Origin: an uncultured SAR86 cluster bacterium
Lineage (GTDB): Bacteria; Pseudomonadota; Gammaproteobacteria; Magnimaribacterales; D2472
Reading direction: 5' to 3'
NCBI GenBank assembly: GCA_902591925.1
Contig: CACJCN010000004.1
Span: forward strand, 15,854-79,853
DNA: 64,000 nt
How positions within the stretch are numbered: the first letter of the stretch is position 1; each line of letters begins with the position of its first letter. The translations under genes were made by a program, and so were the position numbers. Below, piece by piece: positions 1-7,874 of this stretch. Below the pieces are notes generated by a model. That model made no database searches, was not told the origin of the DNA, and was given only the letters and a program-made list of their open reading frames with translations.

Positions 1-1608
1 AGTTATTCCTGGTTGCATATCTCCCTTAAATCTTACCAACACTGACTCTGGCATATCTAAAGGCATTACACCTAGCGTTGCAGCAAATGCTACTAAACCA
101 GATCCTGCAGGAAAGCTAATTCCTATAGGAAATCTTGTATGACTATCACCACCGGTACCAACTGTATCTGGAAGCAACATTCTATTCATCCAAGAATGGA
201 TAATTCCATCTCCCGGCCTAAGTGATACACCGCCACGATTCATAATAAAGTCAGGTAAGCTGTGTTGAGTTTCAATGTCAACCGGCTTTGGATATGCTGC
301 AGTATGGCAAAATGATTGCATAACAAGATCTGCTGAAAAACCAAGACATGCCAATTCTTTAAGTTCATCTCTCGTCATAGGACCAGTTGTATCTTGTGAT
401 CCAACAGTTGTCATTCTAGGCTCACAGTATGTTCCTGGTCTTACTCCATCAACCCCACAAGCTTTTCCTACCATTTTTTGTGCAAGCGTAAATCCTGATT
501 TACTTTTATCTTTAGCATCTGGTCTTCTGAAAACTTTTGATGTATCTAAACCTAGAGCTTCTCTACTTTTATCTGTAAGTTGTCTACCAATAATTAATGG
601 GATTCTTCCGTTCGCTCTGACCTCATCCAAAAGTACATCAGTCTTTAGCTCAAATTCAGAAATCACTTCATTAGTATTAGCATCTAAAACTCTTCCATTC
701 AATGGTTCTAAAATGATTTCCTGACCCATCAACATTTTTGAAACATCCATCTCAATTGGAAATGCACCTGAATCTTCAAGTGTATTGAAAAATATTGGAG
801 CAATTTTCCCACCAAAACAATAACCACCTTCTTTTTTATTAGGTATATAAGGTATCTCATCTCCCATATGCCATAAAACAGAATTTGTTGCAGATTTTCT
901 GGAAGATCCTGTACCAACAACATCTCCAACAAAGACCAAAGGATTTCCTTTTTCTTTTAATTTTTCGATTGTGCCTAGTGGATCATCTAAACCTGTTCTT
1001 GGCATTTTAAACATAGCCAATGCATGAAGAGGGATGTCTGGTCTAGACCAAGCATCTGGCGCAGGAGATAAATCATCAGTATTTATCTCTCCAGTAACTT
1101 TATAAACTGTAAGTTTTATTTGCTCTTTTATGTCTGTTTTTTCAGTAAACCAAGTTGCATTAGCCCATTCTTCAACAACTTTCTTTGCATGTTCATTTGT
1201 TTTTGATAGTTCAAATATTTCATTAAATGCATCAAAAATTAATAAAGTTCTGCTTAGAACATAAGCAGCTGTTTCAGCTAATTCATTATCTTTTAGACAC
1301 TGAATAAGTGGCTGGATATTATAACCACCAAGCATGGTTCCAAGAATTTTTACAGCATCTATTTTGGTGATATATGGACTAGAAGCTTTACCAGTGGTTA
1401 TATCAGCTAAAAATGCAGCTTTTACATATGCTGCCTGATCAACTCCTGCAGGAACTCTTTCTTTAAGGAGATTTATTAAGAAATCTGATTCTTCATGATC
1501 TTCTTTTAGTAATTCTATAAGCTCAGAAGTTTGATCAGCATCAAGAGGCAAGGGCGGTATGTTTTGTTCTGCCCTCTCTGCAACGTGTTTTTTATAATTT
1601 TCTAACAT
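1..1608 (-). CDS. acnB: Aconitate hydratase B (5' part; runs off the left edge)
   Basis: Manual translation from ATG at 1608: MLENYKKHVAERAEQNIPPLPLDADQ...RVPAGVDQAAYVKAAFL, ending RFKGDMQPGIT at base 1. Absent from the ORF track because no stop lies in the window. Confidence 0.95.
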   Translation of the reverse strand, partial: MLENYKKHVAERAEQNIPPLPLDADQTSELIELLKEDHEESDFLINLLKERVPAGVDQAAYVKAAFLADITTGKASSPYITKIDAVKILGTMLGGYNIQPLIQCLKDNELAETAAYVLSRTLLIFDAFNEIFELSKTNEHAKKVVEEWANATWFTEKTDIKEQIKLTVYKVTGEINTDDLSPAPDAWSRPDIPLHALAMFKMPRTGLDDPLGTIEKLKEKGNPLVFVGDVVGTGSSRKSATNSVLWHMGDEIPYIPNKKEGGYCFGGKIAPIFFNTLEDSGAFPIEMDVSKMLMGQEIILEPLNGRVLDANTNEVISEFELKTDVLLDEVRANGRIPLIIGRQLTDKSREALGLDTSKVFRRPDAKDKSKSGFTLAQKMVGKACGVDGVRPGTYCEPRMTTVGSQDTTGPMTRDELKELACLGFSADLVMQSFCHTAAYPKPVDIETQHSLPDFIMNRGGVSLRPGDGIIHSWMNRMLLPDTVGTGGDSHTRFPIGISFPAGSGLVAFAATLGVMPLDMPESVLVRFKGDMQPGIT

Positions 1609-1713
1609 CGTCTGGTCTCCGATGGGCATATTTTACTCTTATGATTATATATAGCCACTAAATAAATAAAATTAAGGTATGTTTATTTAAAAAATCGGTT
1701 ATTATTTTGCAAT

Positions 1714-2163
1714 ATGCCAAAATTACAAAAAAAACGATCTTCAACACCTTGCTTGGGTATATGCTCTACAACTTTTGGCGACGAAGTTTGTAAAGGATGT
1801 AAGCGTTTTGCTCATGAGATTGTTAGTTGGACAAAATACTCAGAAGAAGAAAGAGAAATCGTAAACAATCGTTTAGAAGAATTTAAAATTAAAATTTTAA
1901 AGCACAGATTTAAGATTACAGATAAAGAATTATTTTCAAATAATCTTGATCAGATGGGAATTAATTTTAATCATTCTTTAGATCCTTTGACCTGGATCTT
2001 TGATTTATTTCGCGCAACTGGATCGCAGGCAATTGAACTTGAAAGATTTGGAATTGAGAGTTTGGAATACTTTGATCCAAAAACTATAAGAGATATTATT
2101 AACAAAGAACTTCTTGATTTATCAGAAGCACACCACGAGAGATATTTTAAAAAAGCTAACTAA
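1714..2163 (+). CDS. DUF1289-family Cys-rich protein
   Basis: TPCLGICSTTFGDEVCKGCKRFAHEIVSW motif; adjacent to acnB as in pseudomonads. Confidence 0.8.
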   Translation: MPKLQKKRSSTPCLGICSTTFGDEVCKGCKRFAHEIVSWTKYSEEEREIVNNRLEEFKIKILKHRFKITDKELFSNNLDQMGINFNHSLDPLTWIFDLFRATGSQAIELERFGIESLEYFDPKTIRDIINKELLDLSEAHHERYFKKAN

Positions 2164-2596
2164 AATCTTTTAGCATTATCTTTAATTCTAATGAATGTTG
2201 TTCCTCTTCTCCGATTTGTGCTCTAGCATATTCCTCTAAATATACAGATTTATTTTCAACACAATTTAAAAGTTTTTTGTATAGACTTAATGCAAAAAGT
2301 TCATGTTCCAAACTTTCTTCCAAAATATCTTTAATAGTATGTCTATTTGTTTCTTCGATCTTTGCAATCTTTTGACTAGGATGTCCGTCCAAACCAGCAA
2401 TTTTTTCTCCAGCAAGTTGAGCATGTAGGAGAGATTCCTCAGCCTGTTCTTTAAGAAATGTAACGATTGGTAATCTATAGGGCCCACTTACCATCATCGA
2501 AGAGTGGGTATACCTAACAACACCTGCAAGTTCATATTCCATTATTTCATTTAAAATATCACAAACCTCTTTAGTATTTATCTCGTTATTTTCCAT
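2156..2596 (-). CDS. Bacterioferritin/ferritin-like protein
   Basis: EYELAGVVRY..EESLLHA..LEHE..EEQH di-iron helix pattern. Start moved to ATG 2596 (GGAG upstream; the predicted promoter overlaps the longer ORF start). Confidence 0.8.
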   Translation of the reverse strand: MENNEINTKEVCDILNEIMEYELAGVVRYTHSSMMVSGPYRLPIVTFLKEQAEESLLHAQLAGEKIAGLDGHPSQKIAKIEETNRHTIKDILEESLEHELFALSLYKKLLNCVENKSVYLEEYARAQIGEEEQHSLELKIMLKDFS

Positions 2597-2632
2597 TACA
2601 ATTTTTCTCCTAGTGTTTGTTAAATTACGCAA

Positions 2633-2660
2633 AGTATAATACTATTATATATATTGTAAA
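2633..2660 (-). promoter_or_regulatory. Predicted sigma70 promoter of the ferritin-like gene
   Basis: Minus strand TTTACA (2660-2655), 16-nt spacer, TATACT (2638-2633). Confidence 0.5.
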
Positions 2661-2683
2661 GTACTGATATAACGTATTTTTTT

Positions 2684-2714
2684 AATGATAATTACTATGA
2701 TTATCATTCTCATT
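2684..2714. promoter_or_regulatory. Extended Fur-box-like site
   Basis: Inverted repeat AATGATAAT-N7-ATTATCATT (2684-2708). Minus strand 2711-2693 GAGAATGATAATCATAGTA matches 15/19 of GATAATGATAATCATTATC. Upstream of an iron-storage gene. Confidence 0.6.
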
Positions 2715-3030
2715 TAGAAAGTAGTTTATATTTATAGAATAATATAAATGCTACTACTGCATAACCAATTTTAGATAGCGTGTAAATCACTGGCAATTTT
2801 ATTATCTTTGCAATCCAAGCATAACCTTTTGTTCTCTCCCAAACATATACAAAGGCATCAACTCCAGATATTTCTGTTCCATTTTCAAATCTAACATGGA
2901 GTTTTTTAAGATATTTATCTCCCATCTCACTGCAATTAACAAAGTTTAGATCCGATCTTTTTTTGTAATGTTTTATTTCAAAATTACATACAGAGCATTT
3001 TTCATTAAATAATATCTTCGACTCATTCAT
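2710..3030 (-). CDS. DCC/DUF393-family thiol-disulfide oxidoreductase-like protein
   Basis: N-terminal FNEKCSVCNFEI (CxxC), LHVRFENG..SGVDAFVYVW. Confidence 0.75.
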   Translation of the reverse strand: MNESKILFNEKCSVCNFEIKHYKKRSDLNFVNCSEMGDKYLKKLHVRFENGTEISGVDAFVYVWERTKGYAWIAKIIKLPVIYTLSKIGYAVVAFILFYKYKLLSK

Positions 3031-3096
3031 TTTTGATTTTAAAAAAATATATAATTTAGAATAATTATACAGTTTAATTTTTTATCGAGGACTTTT

Positions 3097-3339
3097 ATGA
3101 AATTACTATTACCTATAATTTTTTTAATACCAGCATTTTTATTTGCGACAGAAGAAACTGATGAAAGAAAAGTAAGTGACTTATCAATTAATGAGTTAAA
3201 AGAAATTGTTCGTTTGATTGTAGAAGAGAGCATCGAACAATGTACCGTGACAGGGACAATGGAAGGAAGAGCAAAAGTTAATTTAAAAGTTGAGGGAGAG
3301 GTCGTTGCAAAAATGACCTGCGACTTTGAAAAAGAATAA
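3097..3339 (+). CDS. Small secreted hypothetical protein
   Basis: GAGG RBS, signal-peptide-like N-terminus, two Cys. Confidence 0.6.
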   Translation: MKLLLPIIFLIPAFLFATEETDERKVSDLSINELKEIVRLIVEESIEQCTVTGTMEGRAKVNLKVEGEVVAKMTCDFEKE

Positions 3340-3341
3340 AA

Positions 3342-3539
3342 ATGGATAATAAAAAAAATTTCTTTAAATTTTTTGAACATGGCTGGAATAAGATTTTTGG
3401 AAAAGAGGAAGATTCAACATCGTTGAGATCTAAAAGTTTGTATAGAGCAGTAAAAGGTATTCAGAATGTTGGCACACCTCATGACTGGGAAGATTATGAA
3501 AAATATAAAAAAGAATTAGATAAAAATGAAACAGATTAA
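3342..3539 (+). CDS. Small hypothetical protein
   Basis: Tight spacing in a + strand run of three genes. Confidence 0.55.
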   Translation: MDNKKNFFKFFEHGWNKIFGKEEDSTSLRSKSLYRAVKGIQNVGTPHDWEDYEKYKKELDKNETD

Positions 3540-3894
3540 TATTTTTGATGAAGTGATTGAAGAATGTTGTTCAAATCCTATCACTGGTTATTTTAGAGAT
3601 GGGTTTTGTCATACTGACAAGCTTGATAGAGGTCTCCATGTTGTGTGCGCTCAAATAACAGATGAATTTTTAGACTTCTCAAAGAGCAGAGGCAATGATC
3701 TATCTACTCCACGACCTGAATTTGATTTCCCTGGTCTAAAAGAAGGAGATTCTTGGTGTCTATGTGCTGAAAGATGGAAAGAAGCTTATGAATGTGGTTT
3801 TGCGCCTAAAATTTTTTTAAAAAGAACCAATAAAAAAGCTTTAAAAGTTATAGATTTAGATATCCTTAAGGATTTTGCAATAGATTTAGAATAG
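3526..3894 (+). CDS. DUF2237-family protein
   Basis: PITGYFRDGFC..G.HVVCA..FL.FSKSRGNDLSTPRPEFDFPGLKEGDSWCLCA.RW. Confidence 0.9.
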   Translation: MKQINIFDEVIEECCSNPITGYFRDGFCHTDKLDRGLHVVCAQITDEFLDFSKSRGNDLSTPRPEFDFPGLKEGDSWCLCAERWKEAYECGFAPKIFLKRTNKKALKVIDLDILKDFAIDLE

Positions 3895-3910
3895 TTTTAA
3901 AAAACATAAA

Positions 3911-4108
3911 TTATTTGAATATATTAAAAAATATAGAAACGATAATGCTTAAAATAATACATGTAATTATCGGGAACGCAAAGGTGTATTTATCCGTTGA
4001 GTAAAATATGTCACCAGGAAGGCGACCAAGCGGAAGCTTTGATAATAACGGGAAAAAAACTCCTATTAAGAATATTATTGATCCTGTAATAATTAGAATT
4101 TTTTGCAT
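3911..4108 (-). CDS. DUF2905-family small membrane protein
   Basis: LGRLPGDI...FAFPIITCIILS motif. Confidence 0.85.
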   Translation of the reverse strand: MQKILIITGSIIFLIGVFFPLLSKLPLGRLPGDIFYSTDKYTFAFPIITCIILSIIVSIFFNIFK

Positions 4109-4142
4109 TATTGTCGATTATAAACTAATTTAGGTTTTACTA

Positions 4143-4526
4143 ATGAATAAGACATTAAGTAAACTAATATATTTAATACCACTTGTATCAATGTCCTTTT
4201 TTGCTCTTACATCGGAAAGAAATGTTATTGTTCCCTGGTGTGAGAGTGTTGGTGGAGATATTGAGTTTAGGACAAAAGACGGCACCTACGTCGATTGTTT
4301 AACTGATTTATACGCTGTGGAAGCAGAATTTGACTATAAATGGAAAGAAGGTATTGGACAAGCTCTCCATTATGCAGAGTCAACAGATAAAAGAGCTGCA
4401 ATTTTATTCATTAAAAGACCTAAAAGTAGAAAAGATTACTATAATGAAATGATGCGTGTAATAGATAAATACGATTTACCTATAAAAATATTTGTCATAG
4501 ATGAGGAGAAGAAATCAGTTGATTAA
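4143..4526 (+). CDS. Hypothetical protein with signal-like N-terminus and PD-(D/E)xK-like core
   Basis: Hydrophobic N-terminus, then WC..GG.IEF..KDGTYVDCLTD.YAVEAEF..KWKEGIGQALHY. Confidence 0.6.
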   Translation: MNKTLSKLIYLIPLVSMSFFALTSERNVIVPWCESVGGDIEFRTKDGTYVDCLTDLYAVEAEFDYKWKEGIGQALHYAESTDKRAAILFIKRPKSRKDYYNEMMRVIDKYDLPIKIFVIDEEKKSVD

Positions 4527-5940
4527 GTTTTTTAAAAATATTTTTACACCCCGATCTACTCAAACGTCGACTGATAGTCTTTTTGCAGACTGGGATCTAA
4601 TAAGTTACGAACTCTTAATGGAGCACTTCGATGTAAAAGAAGAGGCGACTGAGAGAGGTAAAAATAATGCGCCTGCAACTGCAGCTTCAACACCAGATGA
4701 TTTTCACAATAGCCTAGTTGTTAGATATCAAAAACTTATTGCAACTCGTGTTAAAGAAATATCAAGCAGATTTGAAGGCCTAGAAACAAGGGCTGATAAA
4801 GCTATTGAAAGCATAAATTTTCTAAATGATGCCAAAACTAAGTTCACCAATGAAATAGACATTCAATTAGAGAACTATGAGCCAATAATAACGGATGCTA
4901 ATTCAAGAGTGAGATCTTTAAAAGAAGAGGTTAATGAGTTTAAGGCGAAGAATAACTTAACAAGAGATGCAAGTTATCCAGATTCAAAATTATGGTACTA
5001 TTTTTTACTTTTTGCTTTGCTTGGCTTTGAATCATTTATTAATGGGACTTTATTTGCATCTGGTTCTGCTCAAGGGATCTTTGGTGGTTGGAGCATCGCG
5101 GTTTTAATCTCTGCCGTGAATGTAATTTTTGGTTTTATGGTGGGCGCATTCTGGGGAAAACAAGCTTGGTCAATACACCAACCTTTGAAAACAATAGGTA
5201 TTATTGGCTTTTTATTATGGGTAGCCTTCACGGCGGTATTCAATTTATCGGTTGGACACATTAGATCAATTTATGAAGAGGGTAATATTGCATTAGATTC
5301 TAATCCTTGGACAGAAGGATTTGTAAACTTTTTAAATAATCCGATAGGATTAGTCGATTTTACTTCATGGGTCCTAGTATTTATTGGTATTCTATTTGCT
5401 ATTATTGCTTTATTTGATGGCATTCGAATTGATGATAAATATCCAGGTTATGGAGCCATTGTAAGGAAACTTAAAGATACTCAAGCTGAACTTCATCAGG
5501 AAGTTGATGACCTAAAAGAGAGCGCAAATGAGCTTTATGATTATTATCTTAATACCGGAGATGAAGCAATCAAAAAATTAGGCCAAGAGTCTATTGAGCT
5601 TAGAGAAGGGCATGATTTTATAAAAGAGCGAGTGCGCAATGAATATCCAAAATATTGCAGCTATTACTCTGATAATTTTAGACGCCTCATAGGTTCTTAT
5701 AGAAATTATAATCTTGAAGCTAGAAGCGATGAGGCACCTGCATATTTTAAAGAAGAAATTACTTTTGATTGGGACACAGATAATAGAGATGATCAACTTC
5801 GAGGCTTAAGCTCAAAAATTGATGATATTGGGATTAAACTTGGAGAACAAACTGGTTTATGGGCGGCTAATAGAAAAGAATTAGATGATATTAAAATTAA
5901 GTTTTTAGAAAAAATTAGGTCATATGATTCAATCAGCTAG
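4501..5940 (+). CDS. 4-TM inner-membrane protein with N- and C-terminal coiled coils
   Basis: Four hydrophobic segments between helical heptad-rich regions, DDKYPGYG after TM4. True start uncertain. Confidence 0.75.
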   Translation: MRRRNQLIKFFKNIFTPRSTQTSTDSLFADWDLISYELLMEHFDVKEEATERGKNNAPATAASTPDDFHNSLVVRYQKLIATRVKEISSRFEGLETRADKAIESINFLNDAKTKFTNEIDIQLENYEPIITDANSRVRSLKEEVNEFKAKNNLTRDASYPDSKLWYYFLLFALLGFESFINGTLFASGSAQGIFGGWSIAVLISAVNVIFGFMVGAFWGKQAWSIHQPLKTIGIIGFLLWVAFTAVFNLSVGHIRSIYEEGNIALDSNPWTEGFVNFLNNPIGLVDFTSWVLVFIGILFAIIALFDGIRIDDKYPGYGAIVRKLKDTQAELHQEVDDLKESANELYDYYLNTGDEAIKKLGQESIELREGHDFIKERVRNEYPKYCSYYSDNFRRLIGSYRNYNLEARSDEAPAYFKEEITFDWDTDNRDDQLRGLSSKIDDIGIKLGEQTGLWAANRKELDDIKIKFLEKIRSYDSIS

Positions 5941-6790
5941 ACAGAGAAGAAAAAAGCGTCAAGATCTTATGGGCATCATTGGCATCATTGCATTATTTAT
6001 AATTTTTGGAGGCGGTTACTATTTTCTCCAATCTACTAATGATCCTTTGGATGAATTTAAGTGTTCAATCAAAAATGGACCTAATGCAGTTACGGCAATC
6101 ATATTTGATAAATCTCAAAGATATACAAATGATCAGGTAACCGATATTAAGACTTCTTTCAATTTATGGCTTGCAGGAAATGAGGCAACTACAAAAAATA
6201 GAAGGATTGACTTAGATTTTTTTCAAGAGGGTAATCTTGTCCAGCTATATGTTACAGATGAAAATTCACTTAGCCAGCCAGATGGATTAAAGCCAAGAGC
6301 TGAACTATGTGTTCCTAAAGATTTCCGAGATGCCAATCAGTGGATTGAAAATCCAGCATTTTTAAAAGCTGATTATGATGATTTTATATCCAAATTTAGT
6401 TCAATTATTGAAGGGTTACTTGAAGAAGCAGAGGGTACAAGTCCAATCATGGAGACATTGATAAGAATTTCTAACTCAGAATCTTTTCAGAAACATCCAA
6501 ATGTAAGCCACAATATCTTTATTGTCTCTGATATGATCCAGTACTCTGATAACTGGAGCCATTATCCTGGAAGAAATCAAGGTCCTGATTGGGATAAGTT
6601 TAGCACTCAAATGGCGGGATCAGTTTATATGCGACCAAGACTTAATCAGGTACAGGTTCAAGTTTTTTATGCAAAAAGACAAGGTGATCGCGAAAAATCA
6701 ATTCAGAAAAGATCTCATGTTGAGTTTTGGGAGGAATTCTTTTTCAATGCAAATGCAAAAATATCTGGTTGGATAAATATAGATGGTTGA
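5924..6790 (+). CDS. Membrane-anchored vWA-like domain protein
   Basis: Single N-terminal TM; AIIFDKSQR (DxSxS-like), TSPIMETL and NIFIVSDMIQ match the three MIDAS positions. Confidence 0.6.
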   Translation: MIQSARQRRKKRQDLMGIIGIIALFIIFGGGYYFLQSTNDPLDEFKCSIKNGPNAVTAIIFDKSQRYTNDQVTDIKTSFNLWLAGNEATTKNRRIDLDFFQEGNLVQLYVTDENSLSQPDGLKPRAELCVPKDFRDANQWIENPAFLKADYDDFISKFSSIIEGLLEEAEGTSPIMETLIRISNSESFQKHPNVSHNIFIVSDMIQYSDNWSHYPGRNQGPDWDKFSTQMAGSVYMRPRLNQVQVQVFYAKRQGDREKSIQKRSHVEFWEEFFFNANAKISGWINIDG

Positions 6791-7820
6791 TAAAGAAGAT
6801 CCTTGGAAATCGAAGTCAAAGCCAATTAGTCCAACAAATTTATTTGGATTCTCAATTTTTGGTGGAATTACAGCAATACTCTTAGGTACTTGGTTAAACA
6901 GCTTTCTTTTAAATATTATTATTCCTATAGGAATAATGCTCTACTATGCTTACACGGTAAACAAAGATAAATCTGACTCTTTATCCATTGAACAAAAGGC
7001 AGATAGTGTTTATTACATGGGATTTATCTTAACGTTAGTTGCAATGACTGCCTCTTTAGTTGCTTTGGCAAATGATGGTGAATTAGGGTTTAATGCTGTT
7101 GTCATAAATTTTGGTTTAGCATTGGCAACAACGATATTGGGTTTGGCAATAAGGATTATTTGGATTCAATTATCTTCAAAAAGTCTTTCAGATGCTGAAT
7201 CTATCTTAAAAGAAAGGATTATAAGAAGATCACAAGATCTACAAGATCAAACAGAAAAAGTTGTTGGATCCATGACAGCTTTATCAAATCAACTTTCTAA
7301 AGTCGCCGAACCTCTTCAAAGTAATTTTGAAAGGTTAACAAAAACTATGGATATTAATGAAGGCATAAATAATAAACTTCGCTTACTGGATCAATCTGCA
7401 GACACTGCAGCTCAAAGTTTACGAATTATTGCTAGCCTTACTGAGAGTATGGCAGTAAGTACTCTTGAGTTAAAAAAGAACATTGATGAAGGCGCTTTGG
7501 AAAATATTAAAAATTTAAATACATCTGCAAATCAAGCTAGACCAAAGATAAATGAGCTGAATAGTGAGATAACAAACTCAATTGATTCAATTCACCAATC
7601 ATTAGAATTGCTTCAAAAAAATATTAAAAAGACAGACGAAATGATTGCATTTAGCCAAGCAAATTTAGAGAAGAATTCTATTTTTAAAAGAGCTTACTCA
7701 AAGCTAAAAGACTTTAGAGCTTATACAAAGCTAAAAAATTTTATTGCTTTAAATAATTTAAAGTATAGAAAAATACAAAAAAGGTTTTCTAATGATAAAG
7801 AAGACCCTTGGAAATCATAG
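6783..7820 (+). CDS. MotA/ExbB/TolQ/ZorA-like membrane subunit with ~210-aa helical tail
   Basis: TM YYMGFILTLVAMTASLVAL and NFGLALATTILGLAIRII, followed by a long helical C-terminus. Confidence 0.65.
   Translation: MVDKEDPWKSKSKPISPTNLFGFSIFGGITAILLGTWLNSFLLNIIIPIGIMLYYAYTVNKDKSDSLSIEQKADSVYYMGFILTLVAMTASLVALANDGELGFNAVVINFGLALATTILGLAIRIIWIQLSSKSLSDAESILKERIIRRSQDLQDQTEKVVGSMTALSNQLSKVAEPLQSNFERLTKTMDINEGINNKLRLLDQSADTAAQSLRIIASLTESMAVSTLELKKNIDEGALENIKNLNTSANQARPKINELNSEITNSIDSIHQSLELLQKNIKKTDEMIAFSQANLEKNSIFKRAYSKLKDFRAYTKLKNFIALNNLKYRKIQKRFSNDKEDPWKS
6788..6811 (+). repeat. 24-bp direct repeat, copy 1
   Basis: TGATAAAGAAGATCCTTGGAAATC; 23/24 identical to 7793-7816. Confidence 0.9.
7689..7742 (+). 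repeat. 27-bp in-frame tandem duplication
   Basis: RAYSKLKDF / RAYTKLKNF, 23/27 nt identical. Confidence 0.85.
7793..7816 (+). repeat. 24-bp direct repeat, copy 2
   Basis: TGATAAAGAAGACCCTTGGAAATC; same frame, encodes DKEDPWKS again. Confidence 0.9.
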
Positions 7821-7874
7821 AGTAGTAATATTTTTATATGTCTATGACTGAGCAAAAAATTGAGAAATTAATTA

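Noticed and set aside
275-932. ORF-track entries 275..724 (+) and 729..932 (-)
   Set aside because: Antisense or off-frame to acnB, which covers 1-1608.
3039-3380. 113-aa minus-strand ORF
   Set aside because: Antisense shadow of 3097..3339, which has an RBS, signal peptide and operon context.
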